From positions 32,001 through 96,000 of the forward strand of contig CAVQSP010000015.1 in assembly GCA_963715985.1 (NCBI GenBank): DNA of 64,000 nt, given 5' to 3'. The position numbers were made by a program, and so were the translations under genes. The notes under the pieces were generated by a model. The model had not been told where the DNA came from, did no database searches, and saw nothing but the letters and a program-made list of their open reading frames with translations. Positions 10,403-19,838 of this stretch are shown here, piece by piece. The DNA comes from an uncultured Thermoleophilia bacterium (GTDB taxonomy: Bacteria; Actinomycetota; Thermoleophilia; UBA2241). The stretch's first letter is position 1; the number at the start of each line of letters is the position of its first letter.

Positions 10403-10993
10403 TCAGAGCGAGCCCTTGGTGGACGGCACCGCGTCGCCGCGGCCGTGGCGCTCGGCTGCCTGGGCCAGGGCTCTGGCCACGGCCTTGAAGACGGCCTCGA
10501 CGATATGGTGGGCGTTGCTGCCCGCGAGCAGGCGCACGTGCAGCGTGATGCCGGCTTCGAATGCAAGCGACTGGAAGAAGTGGGAGGCCAGCTCCCCGTC
10601 GAACTCGCCGATGCGCACCCCCGAGAGCCGGAGGTCGTCAACGTAGAACGGCCGCCCGGAGAGGTCCAGCGCCACCATCGTGAGCGCTTCGTCCATGGGC
10701 AGGATCACCGAGCCGTAGCGGCGCACGCCGCGCTTGTCCCCCAGCGCCTCCTTGAGGGCCTGGCCGAGCGCGAGGCTCACGTCTTCAACCGTGTGGTGGG
10801 CGTCCACGTCCAGGTCGCCCTTGGCCGTCACCTCGAGATCGAAGCCGCCGTGGTGGGCGAACAGTGTGAGCATGTGGTCGAAGAAGCCGATGCCGGTCTC
10901 GGCCTTGACGGCGCCGGTGCCGTCAAGCACCAGGCTGACGGCGATGTCGGTCTCTCCGGTGGTGCGTCGCACCTCGGCGTGACGGGCGTCCAT
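10403..10993 (-). CDS. hisB: Imidazoleglycerol-phosphate dehydratase
   Basis: TGIGFFDHML, DAHHTVED, NAHHIVEAVFKA, PSTKG; SD GAGGAG before ATG 10993. Confidence 0.97.
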   Translation of the reverse strand: MDARHAEVRRTTGETDIAVSLVLDGTGAVKAETGIGFFDHMLTLFAHHGGFDLEVTAKGDLDVDAHHTVEDVSLALGQALKEALGDKRGVRRYGSVILPMDEALTMVALDLSGRPFYVDDLRLSGVRIGEFDGELASHFFQSLAFEAGITLHVRLLAGSNAHHIVEAVFKAVARALAQAAERHGRGDAVPSTKGSL

Positions 10994-11003
10994 GCGGGTC
11001 TCC

Positions 11004-12263
11004 TCAGGTTGCGCGGAGCCGGGCGGAGCGCGCGTGGGCGCGCAGGCCCTCTTCGTCGGCGATGGCGGCCACGTGCGGCGCCAGGGCAGCCGCCGCCGTG
11101 CGGTCGAGTTGTACCACGGCCATCCGCTTCTGGAAATGCGTGACCGAGAGACCCTGGGCGAAGCGCGCGGAGCCGCCGGTGGGCAGCACGTGGTTGCTGC
11201 CGGCGGCGTAGTCGGCGAAAGCCGTTGCGGCGCAGGCGCCCACGAAGACGGCGCCGGCGTTGCGCACGCGCGGCACGAGCCCGCCGGCGTCGCGCACGTG
11301 CAGCTCCAGGTGCTCCGGCGCGAAGGCGTTGCACAGCTGCAGCGCGGCCTCACGGTCCGGGCAGGCGACGAGCGCCACGTTGGCGTGATCCACGCCCAGC
11401 TCCGCGGCGAGCGCCTCCACAGCGGCGTGCACGGCGTCCATGCGGGTACCGCCGATATCGGCGAGACAGGCCATGGCGCCGGCGCCGTGCTCGGCCTGCG
11501 CCAGGAGGTCGGCGGCAAGCCACTCGGGGTCCGCGCTGTCGTCGGCGATCACCAGCACTTCGCTGGGCCCGGCGAGGCCGTCGATGGCCACGGTGCCCAT
11601 CACCTGGCGCTTGGCCTCGGTGACGAAGGCGTTGCCCGGGCCCACGATGACATCGCACCGCGGCATCCGCTCCGTGCCGAAGGCCATGGCTGCCACCGCC
11701 TGGGCGCCGCCGATGGGGAACAGGTCGTCCACGCCGAGCAGAGCGCAGGCGGCGGCCACGCCTTCGGCCGCGCCGCCTCCCCTTCTCGGCGGGGAGCACA
11801 CCACGACGCGTCCGACCCCGGCCACCTGGGCCGGGATCACGGTCATGAGCACTGAAGACGGGTAGTTGGCGAGGCCACCGGGCACATAGAGGCCGGCCAC
11901 GGCCAGCGGAACGATGTCCTGGCCCACGACCTGGCCCTGCGGCAGCGTCTCGCGCCAGGCCTGGGGCGCCTCCCGCTCGTGGTAGCGGCGCACGTTGGCG
12001 GCCGCGACCTCCAGCGCCGTGCGGAGCCCCGGGGACTGGGCCGCGAGCGCGGCGCGCAGGCGGGCAGGCGGCTCTGCGTACTCGGCCGGCAGTTCCACGC
12101 CGTCCAGGCGCAGCGTGTGCTCGCGCACGGCCGCGTCCCCTCGTTCGCGCACGTCGGCCAGGATGGCCGTGACGACCGCCGTCACGGCGGCGGCGGGCGG
12201 CGCGAACCCGCGCAGCGCCGCCACCACGGCGGTCGCGTCACCGGTCCAGGAGAGCTCGTTCAC
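11004..12263 (-). CDS. hisD: Histidinol dehydrogenase
   Basis: GLYVPGG, GPGNAFV, AGPSE, DLLAQAEH, APEHLEL, DYAAGSNHVLPT. Confidence 0.95.
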   Translation of the reverse strand: MNELSWTGDATAVVAALRGFAPPAAAVTAVVTAILADVRERGDAAVREHTLRLDGVELPAEYAEPPARLRAALAAQSPGLRTALEVAAANVRRYHEREAPQAWRETLPQGQVVGQDIVPLAVAGLYVPGGLANYPSSVLMTVIPAQVAGVGRVVVCSPPRRGGGAAEGVAAACALLGVDDLFPIGGAQAVAAMAFGTERMPRCDVIVGPGNAFVTEAKRQVMGTVAIDGLAGPSEVLVIADDSADPEWLAADLLAQAEHGAGAMACLADIGGTRMDAVHAAVEALAAELGVDHANVALVACPDREAALQLCNAFAPEHLELHVRDAGGLVPRVRNAGAVFVGACAATAFADYAAGSNHVLPTGGSARFAQGLSVTHFQKRMAVVQLDRTAAAALAPHVAAIADEEGLRAHARSARLRAT

Positions 12264-12916
12264 GGTGCGACCGCCGAGGCACGCAGACGCTCCACGATGT
12301 CTTCGAGAGCCGCCCCGGAGAGTGTGCGGGCGGCCCGCCCGCACACCAGCCGGGCGCTGCCGTCCGCCACGACCGCGCGCTCTTCGAGCGCGGCGCCCAC
12401 CGTCCCGAGGAGCCTGCTGCGCAGCTCGACGACGCCGACGGCGAGACCGAGGCCGACGGCGAGCGCCGGTGCCTCGAACTCGAGCAGCTCCACCTGGAGG
12501 CCGGCCGCGTCGAAGTAGCCGCGCGCAACGCGCGGGTAGCGTGTGGCAACGCGCGTGCGCGAGGGGCGTTTGCCGGTTCCGGGCACGCCCGTCACGGCGT
12601 GGACCACCGCATCGCCGGGCACGCCGAGGTCGAGCAGCTCGTGCACCTCCGCGTCGCTCTCGAGCAGCACGTCCTTGCCGACGATGCCGGCGTCCAGGGC
12701 ACCGCGTTCGCAGGCCGCGAGCACGTCCCCGGCGCCGGCGAGCAACCAGCTGCGCACCGCAGTCGAGGGTGCTGACGCGTCCGGGGAGCCGGCCGCCGGC
12801 AGCAGGGTCGGCGGCGCGGCGCCGTCGAGCTCCCCCGCGAGCAGCCCGGCGGCGCGTAGGACACCGAGGACCTCCGTCGGCAGCCGGCCGTCAGCGCAGG
12901 AGATCCCGAGTCTCAT
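12260..12916 (-). CDS. hisG: ATP phosphoribosyltransferase short form, highly divergent
   Basis: Lies between hisZ and hisD. GIVGKDVLLE, ELLDLG and ATRYP are recognisable, but the catalytic/PRPP motifs are degenerate. Confidence 0.75.
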   Translation of the reverse strand: MRLGISCADGRLPTEVLGVLRAAGLLAGELDGAAPPTLLPAAGSPDASAPSTAVRSWLLAGAGDVLAACERGALDAGIVGKDVLLESDAEVHELLDLGVPGDAVVHAVTGVPGTGKRPSRTRVATRYPRVARGYFDAAGLQVELLEFEAPALAVGLGLAVGVVELRSRLLGTVGAALEERAVVADGSARLVCGRAARTLSGAALEDIVERLRASAVAP

Positions 12917-14109
12917 TCCAAGCCCAGAGCGCGCCGCACGTCGCGCCAGCCGCCGGAGCTGGCGGCGCCGTCGGCCGCTTCGAGTGTGTAGCGGCCGCCC
13001 TCGCGCCGCAGCCAGGGGCGCGGCGCCGGCACGCCCTCGGGCAGCGCCGCCACGGCCAATCCGGCGCGGCGCAGCTCCGCCGCCCGCGCCGGCTCCTCCA
13101 GTCCGCCGGAGAACGACAGGCAGGGCGGCGCGGCCACGGCCGGCACGCCTGCCTCGGCCATGGCGTCCAACAGGCGGTCCAGGGCGAGGGCGAAGCCCGC
13201 GGCGGGGATGTCCCAGTCGAAGCGCTCCAGCAGGCCGTCGTAGCGGCCGCCGGTGGCGAGCGGCAGGCCCACCCCCGGGGCGTAGGCCTCGAAGATCACG
13301 CCGCTGTAGTACGTGAGCGTCGGGTAGAGGCCGAAGTCGAAGGCCACGACGTCCTCGAAGCCGGCCTCCTCCACATGCTCGCGCACCTCGACGAGGTGGC
13401 GGATGGCGTCGTCCATGGCCTGGGTGCTGGCCAGCTTGCGCGCTTGCGCGAGGCCGTCACGCGAGCCGCTGAGCTCGAGCACGCGCCACACCACCTTGAG
13501 GGCGGCCGCGTCCACCTCCGCGTTGCCGGCGATGCTCTCCAGCAGCGGGTAGTCGCGTTCGGCGAGGGCCTCCAGGAATTTGTCCCTGTCCTCGTCGTCG
13601 AGACCGAGGGAGTCCACGAGGGCGCCGTAGAACGACACCGAGCCCAGGGCGATGCGGTAGTCGCGCAGCCCGGCCGCCGTGAGGCAGTCGCAGAGCAGCG
13701 TCACGCACTCGGCGTCGGCCGCAGCCGAGGCCACCCCCAGCAGCTCGGCCCCCGCCTGCACGAACTCGCCGTCCTGGCTGCGCTGGGGCGCCCACGGGCG
13801 GATGGACGGCGCTACGTAGCAGAAGCGCAGCGGCAGCGGCCTGTCGTTGTACCGCGCCGCCGCCAGCCGGGCCACGGGCACCGTCATGTCCGTGCGCGAC
13901 ATGAGCTCGTGCCCCTGCTGGTCGTGCAGGCGGTAGCCGCCGGCGATGGTGTCGTCGTGGGCCGCTTCGAAGGTCTCGGCGAACTCGAGCCAGGGGGTGA
14001 CGACCTCGCCGTAGCCGTAGGCGGCGAACCGCGCCCGCAGAAGGGCCTCCACGGCCCGTTGCTCGCCCGTCTCGGGCGGCACCACGTCGCGCATGCCCTC
14101 AGGGATCAT
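12913..14109 (-). CDS. hisZ: ATP phosphoribosyltransferase regulatory subunit
   Basis: IPEGMRD, RTDMTVPVAR, EFVQAGAELLG, YYSGVIF, GGRYDGL; HisRS-like fold upstream of hisG. Confidence 0.92.
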   Translation of the reverse strand: MIPEGMRDVVPPETGEQRAVEALLRARFAAYGYGEVVTPWLEFAETFEAAHDDTIAGGYRLHDQQGHELMSRTDMTVPVARLAAARYNDRPLPLRFCYVAPSIRPWAPQRSQDGEFVQAGAELLGVASAAADAECVTLLCDCLTAAGLRDYRIALGSVSFYGALVDSLGLDDEDRDKFLEALAERDYPLLESIAGNAEVDAAALKVVWRVLELSGSRDGLAQARKLASTQAMDDAIRHLVEVREHVEEAGFEDVVAFDFGLYPTLTYYSGVIFEAYAPGVGLPLATGGRYDGLLERFDWDIPAAGFALALDRLLDAMAEAGVPAVAAPPCLSFSGGLEEPARAAELRRAGLAVAALPEGVPAPRPWLRREGGRYTLEAADGAASSGGWRDVRRALGLE

Positions 14110-14140
14110 GGCCACCGGTCTCCCTCTCCTCCCGCCGGTC

Positions 14141-17100
14141 TCAGCCGGCGCCGACGCAGCTCTCGCCGAGCAGCGCCTTGAGCTCCGCGTACAGTCCGGC
14201 CACGGGATCGACACGCAGCGCGTCCCCGACCCGCAGCTTGGCACAATCCTGACCGCGCACCATCTCCAGCACCACGGGCACGCTCCCGGGGAAGTCCGCA
14301 AGGACGCCCTTGAGCTCGTCGAGCACCGAGGGGCGGAGCCTGTCGGCGTCGATGGTCACCGTGAGTGGGCGGTACTCGCTGACGCCGCTGAAGGGCACCA
14401 CCTCGATGGCGATGAGCGTGGTCTCGCTCTCCGACTTGCGTTCCACGCGACCTCTGACCTTGACGATGGAGTCCTCGACGAGCAGGTCCCTGTACTGATC
14501 GTAGGTGGCGGGCCACGCCCTGCACTCCACGCCGCCGTCCACGTCCTCGAGACGGAAGGCGAGCCACACGCCGCCGTTCCTGCTCACCTTCTTCTGCGCG
14601 TTGGCGACGATGCCGCCCGTCCACACCGCGCTGCCGTCCACGGCGTCGTCCAGGGAGCTTGCCGAGACCTCGATCTCCTCGCGCAGCTGCTCGCGCAGGT
14701 CCTGCAGGGGGTGCGCCGAGACGTACAGGCCCAGGGCCTCCTTCTCGCCGCGCAGCAGTGTGGCCTGGTCGAACTCGCGCTGCGGCACCTGCGGCGCCTG
14801 CGCCCCGCTCTCCTCCGCGGCCACGAGGTCGAAGAGGCCGCCCTGCCCCTGCGCCTTGTCCTTGCGGCGGCGCTCGCCGTCGGCCATCGCCGTGGGCAGC
14901 GCCTCCAGCATGCCGCGGCGCGGGTCGCCGCTGCTGTCGAAGGCGCCGGCGCGGATGAGCGCCTCGAGCACGCGCTTGTTGGCCTGCGCCGAGTCCACGC
15001 GCGCGCAGAAGTCGTAGATGGACGTGAAGCGCCCGCCCTCCTCGCGCGCCGCGATGATGGCCTCGATGGCGCCCACGCCGACGCCCTTGACGGCGTTCAT
15101 GCCGAAGCGGATCTTGCCCTCCACCACGGTGAAGCCGACGACGCTCTCGTTGACGTCCGGAGGCAGCACCTCGATGCCCATCTCGTGGCACTGGTTCACG
15201 TAGAACGGCACCTTGTCTTTGGTGTTCATCACGCTGCTGACCAGCGCCGCCATGTACTCCACCGGGTAGTTGGCCTTCAGCCAGGCGGTGCGGTAGCTGA
15301 TCATGGCGTAGCAGGCGGCGTGGCTCTTGTTGAACGAGTAGTCGCCGGTCGCCTCGAAGTTGGCCCAGAGCTTGTGGCTCACGGCGGGCGGCACGCCGCT
15401 GGCCGCGAGCCCCTGCATGAGCGGCTCCTTGAGGGTGGCCATCAGCTTGCGGTCCTTCTTGCTGATGGCCTTGCGCAGGTCGTCCGCCTGGGCCGGCGTG
15501 AAGCCGCCGACCCGGCGGGCGATGGCCATGTACTGCTCCTGGTAGATAGTCACGCCGTGCGTGGGCTCCAGGATGGGGCGCAGGGCCTCGTGGTCGTAGA
15601 CGACCGAGGCCGGGTCCTTCTTGTTGCGCGCGTAGGTGGGGATGTATTGCATCGGCCCCGGGCGGTAGAGCGCCACGATGGCGATGAGGTCCTCGAACTG
15701 CGTGGGGCGCACGTCGCGCATGGCCTCGCGCATGCCCGGGCTCTCGAACTGGAACACGCCGGTGGAGTCGCCGCGCGCCAGCATCTGGTACGTCTTCTCG
15801 TCGTCCAGCGGCAACTGGTCGATCTCGATGCAGACGCCGCGCGTGTGCTCGATGATGTCCAGGGCCGCCTCGATGACGTCCAGGTTGCGCAGCCCGAGGA
15901 AGTCCATCTTGAGCAAGCCGAGCTTGGCGACGTCGTTCATGTCGAACTGCGTGACGAGCTCGGCGTCGCCCTTCTGCTGCAACGGCAGGTACTCGGTGAG
16001 CGGCTTGTCGCTGATCACCACGGCAGCGGCGTGGATGGAGTCGTTGCGGATGAGGCCCTCGAGGCTCATCGCCAGGTCGACGACCTCCTTGACCTCCTCG
16101 TCGGCGTCGTAGGCCTGCTTGAGCTCGCCGCCCGGCAGCATGGCCTGGCTGAACGTGGCCGGCGGGGCCTGCTCGGGGATCATCTTGGCGATCTTGTCGC
16201 CCACGGCGTACGGCTTGCCCATGACGCGCGCCGCGTCGCGCACGGCGGCGCGCGCGGCCATGGTGCCGAAGGTGATGATCTGCGCCACGTGGTCGCGCCC
16301 GTACTTCTCGGCCACGTAGTCGATGACTTCTTCGCGGCGCTCCACGCTGAAGTCCATGTCGATGTCGGGCATGCTCTTGCGCCCCGGGTTGAGGAAGCGC
16401 TCGAAGAGCAGGTCGTACTTGAGGGGGTCGATGTCGGTGATGCCCAGCGCGTAGCTGACGATGGAGCCCGCCGCCGAGCCGCGGCCGGGGCCGACGGCGA
16501 TGCCGTTGTCCTTGGCGAACTTGACGTAGTCCCAGACGATGAGGAAGTAGGCGTCGAACCCCATGTCGCCGATGACGCCGAGCTCGAAGTCGAGGCGCTC
16601 GCGGACCTCCGGCGCCATGTCGGTGCCGTACCGCCGCAGGAGGCCTTTCTCGCAGAGCTGCCGCAGATAGGAGCCCTCGGTGATGCCGTCCGGGACGGGG
16701 TACGACGGCAGCAGGTAGGTGCCGAAGTCCAGGCTGACGTCGCAGCGCGAGGCGATCTCCACCGTGGCCTCGCAGGCCCCCGGATAGTCCTTGAAGCGCT
16801 CGTACATCTCCGCGCCCGACTTGAGGTAGAACTCGTCGCTGCCGTAGCGCATACGGTTCTCGTCCTCGAGGTTGCTCTGCGTCTGGATGCAAAGCAGGGC
16901 GTCGTGCGCGTAGGAGTCCTCGTGGCGCAGGTAATGCACATCGTTGGTGGCCACGGTGCGCAGGCCGGCCGTCTGCGCGAGCTGCCACAGCCTGGGCAGC
17001 AGCTCGCGCTGCTCCGGCAGGCCGGCGTCCTGCAGCTCGACGAAGACGTTCTCAGGGCCGAGCAGGTCCGCGAGGCGGCGGAGCTCGGCCAGGGCGCCCG

Positions 17101-17554
17101 CGTCGTCACCGTCCCTGAGCATCATCGCGATGCGGCCGCTCATGCAGCCGGTGAGCGCGATGAGGCCCTCGCTGTGCTCCGCCAGCAGCTCCCAGTCGGC
17201 ACGCGGCTTGTAGTAGTAGCCCTCGAGGTAGGCGCGGGTGCTGAGCTTGACGAGATTGCGGTAGCCGGTCTGGTCGCGGGCAAGCAGTGTGAGGTGCGCA
17301 TTGCGCTCCTTGACGCCGGCCCGCGAGTGGCGGTCGGTGGCGACGTACAGCTCGAGGCCGATGATGGCTTTGATGCCCTCGTCCTCGGCGGCGCGGTAGA
17401 ACTTCACGGCGCCGCCGAGCGTGCCGTGGTCGGTGAGGGCCACAGCGGGCATGCCGAGTTCCTTGGCTCTGCGCACAAGATCCTTGACTCGGCAGGCGCC
17501 GTCCAGCAGCGAGTACTCGCTGTGTACGTGGAGATGGACGAAATCGGCGGCCAT
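14141..17554 (-). CDS. dnaE: DNA polymerase III alpha subunit
   Basis: FVHLHVHSEYSLLDG (PHP), GRGSAAGS, MPDIDMDF, KMDFLGL, YSFNKSH; about 1137 aa. Confidence 0.98.
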   Translation of the reverse strand: MAADFVHLHVHSEYSLLDGACRVKDLVRRAKELGMPAVALTDHGTLGGAVKFYRAAEDEGIKAIIGLELYVATDRHSRAGVKERNAHLTLLARDQTGYRNLVKLSTRAYLEGYYYKPRADWELLAEHSEGLIALTGCMSGRIAMMLRDGDDAGALAELRRLADLLGPENVFVELQDAGLPEQRELLPRLWQLAQTAGLRTVATNDVHYLRHEDSYAHDALLCIQTQSNLEDENRMRYGSDEFYLKSGAEMYERFKDYPGACEATVEIASRCDVSLDFGTYLLPSYPVPDGITEGSYLRQLCEKGLLRRYGTDMAPEVRERLDFELGVIGDMGFDAYFLIVWDYVKFAKDNGIAVGPGRGSAAGSIVSYALGITDIDPLKYDLLFERFLNPGRKSMPDIDMDFSVERREEVIDYVAEKYGRDHVAQIITFGTMAARAAVRDAARVMGKPYAVGDKIAKMIPEQAPPATFSQAMLPGGELKQAYDADEEVKEVVDLAMSLEGLIRNDSIHAAAVVISDKPLTEYLPLQQKGDAELVTQFDMNDVAKLGLLKMDFLGLRNLDVIEAALDIIEHTRGVCIEIDQLPLDDEKTYQMLARGDSTGVFQFESPGMREAMRDVRPTQFEDLIAIVALYRPGPMQYIPTYARNKKDPASVVYDHEALRPILEPTHGVTIYQEQYMAIARRVGGFTPAQADDLRKAISKKDRKLMATLKEPLMQGLAASGVPPAVSHKLWANFEATGDYSFNKSHAACYAMISYRTAWLKANYPVEYMAALVSSVMNTKDKVPFYVNQCHEMGIEVLPPDVNESVVGFTVVEGKIRFGMNAVKGVGVGAIEAIIAAREEGGRFTSIYDFCARVDSAQANKRVLEALIRAGAFDSSGDPRRGMLEALPTAMADGERRRKDKAQGQGGLFDLVAAEESGAQAPQVPQREFDQATLLRGEKEALGLYVSAHPLQDLREQLREEIEVSASSLDDAVDGSAVWTGGIVANAQKKVSRNGGVWLAFRLEDVDGGVECRAWPATYDQYRDLLVEDSIVKVRGRVERKSESETTLIAIEVVPFSGVSEYRPLTVTIDADRLRPSVLDELKGVLADFPGSVPVVLEMVRGQDCAKLRVGDALRVDPVAGLYAELKALLGESCVGAG

Positions 17555-17620
17555 GGAGGTCTCCGATTCTAGCACGGCGCATGAGGCCGCCGGCGGTACT
17601 GCTGCCGCGCAACCGCGCCC

Positions 17621-19526
17621 TCAGCCGGTCCGGACCAGCCTCGCCGCGCCGCGCTTGATGCCGCCCCAAACGAAGGGCGCGTAGAGCGCGATGCGCTCCC
17701 CGAGACCGTTGGGGCAGAGCACGCCGAGCATCTCCGCGAAGAACCGTTCACCGTAGCTTCGCGGCAGACCGATGCGCCCGTAGATCTCGTCGACCAGGGC
17801 CTCCATCTCCCCCTCTTCGTAGCCCGTTGGATTGTGGAACCCGACGTAGGTGGCCAGGTCCTCCTCGGGATCCGCCCTCAGCTCGATGCCGTAGGCCTCA
17901 GGATGATGGTACGACGTCCGAGAAGAGGTCGAGGTAGAAGCGGCAGAGCGCGACCTCGCCGCGGATCTTGGCCAGGTTGGCTCTGATGAAGGCCACGGTC
18001 TTGTCGATATCGGCCTCCGTCTCCCCGGGGATGCCGGCCATGAGGAACACATTCACGATGATGCCCGCGGCGTGGAAGTTGTCGATGACCTTGACCACGT
18101 CGCGCAGATCGATCCCCTTGTGCGCGCGGTCCAGGACCTCCTGCGAACCGGACTCCAGCCCGAAGTGCAGGGCGAAGAAGCCGGCCTTGCGGACCTTGTG
18201 GCAGAACTCGATGTCCGTGAACGCCTTCTCCGCACGGACGAAGGAGTAGAACCTGGCCCCGCTGCCGGCCTCGAGGAGGGCGTCGGCCAGCGTCTCCAGC
18301 TGCCGTATCGAGAGATTGGTGTCGCAGATGTGGAAGTAGGAGGGATGATGGCGTTGCGTCAGCTTCTCGACGTCGCGCATGAAGGCGTCCGCCGGCCGCA
18401 CGCAGTACTGGCTCTCGTCCGAGAGGATCTTCGGGAAGTGGCAGAAGCGGCAGCGAGCCCAGTCGCAGCCGGAGGACGTGCTCAGTGTGAGGATCGGATT
18501 GGGCCGCGGGTCGGTGAAGACGGGCGTCGCGGCCTGGGCGATGGTGAAGTCCCTCTCGGGGTTACGGCGCATCGATCCGTCAGCCGTCCGCCAGACGAGG
18601 CTCGGCACGTCGCCGAGGCTGGGCGAGGCAGTCGTCAGCTCGTCGTGAAGCTTTGCGACGGCTTCCTCCCCGGCGCCGGTCACCATGCTGTCGTAGAGTG
18701 GTGACACGGCGCTGTCTCCCGCCAGCGTCTCACGCAACGTGCTGACGGTCGCGCCGCCCAGCGTGATGTGCAGATCCGGCCGCTGCTCGCGTATGACTCG
18801 CGCGAGGGTGAACGCGGGGATGATCTGCGCTTCGTGTGTGACGGAGATGCCGGCAAGCGCCGCGCCGGCCGGGATCGACGGCACGATCCTCCTCCTGTAG
18901 TAGTCGAGAAACGGGTTGACCGTGGCGTCCCCGCTGGCGGCGAGGACCGCCCTGGACCGCTTCGTGCCGCACTCCATCTCGAGCCCGCCGAGAACGCCGA
19001 ACTTGCTCGGCCAGAACGACGCGAAGCACAGGTCCACTGCGACCTGCAGCCGCGCCAGCGCGAGCAGGAACCTGTTCTTCGAGAGCCCCATGAAGCGCTC
19101 GCGCAGGAGGGCCTCGGATCCGTGCAGCAGGCGCACGACGGCTTCGCGCCGCCCGAGAAGCCCGGCCAGCGCCCGGGCCGGCTCATCAGAGCGGAACCCG
19201 AGCTCCTCCGGGATCCGGGCCAGAGCGATCGAGTCGGCCAGGTAGGCGACCTGATCCGGGACGAGCTCGCCCCGCCTCCCGGCGAGCTCGTCCATGGCCC
19301 GCTCCAGCGTCCCGATGCCCGCAAGGTGCTGGTAGAGCTCGTTGTCCAACACCCGCTGCAGGACCGGGTAGCCATGCTCGAGCAGGTACCCGGTCAGCTG
19401 CGGGACCGCCAGCGTGTTGAAGACGTAGAAATGCTCCGGGGAGAACAGGACGATCTCCCCCACTGCCTTCCTCTGCGTGCCCGGTCGCAGGGCAGGCGAC
19501 TCGGCAAGCGTGTCGAGAGGAGTCAT
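17621..19526 (-). CDS. B12-binding-type radical SAM protein (apparent +1 frameshift near 17910)
   Basis: GISVT..Q and ITLGG segments; GCDWARCRFC cluster motif, FGLESGS, HKG, GIPGET. The C-terminus continues in another frame (YHHPEAYGIEL...) to the stop at 17621. Confidence 0.8.
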
Positions 19527-19599
19527 CTGGACACTACCCCTTTCGTTGAGCGGAGGCCGGGGCATCAGCCGGAGCCGAACGCGCTCGCCCTGACGAATC

Positions 19600-19627
19600 A
19601 TCGTAGCCAAGATAGTGGCGCGGTCAA
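19600..19627 (-). promoter_or_regulatory. Putative sigma70-type promoter of the radical SAM gene
   Basis: Minus strand TTGACC-N16-TACGAT, about 70 nt upstream of ATG 19526. Confidence 0.4.
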
Positions 19628-19838
19628 AGGCCCGAGCTGACAGCGCTCGACTCGTCGCACGAGCTCGCCGACACGGCAGGCGCCGCCCGGCCGCGAGTAC
19701 TCGCACCGCACGTGCAGACGGACGATATCGGCGGCCGTGGAGGTCTTCGATTCAAGCACAGTGCGTGCCATCACCCACCGCTGGCAGGCGACGCCTTAGC
19801 GCAGCCTGCGGCACGGCTCCCGCGCGTCTCTGGACTGC

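Noticed and set aside
14093-17572. 1159-aa + strand ORF and other long antisense or alternative-frame ORFs (e.g. 11995-14181, 36615-39236, 58348-61866)
   Set aside because: Shadow ORFs opposite well-supported genes; expected from stop-codon scarcity at high GC; no motifs.
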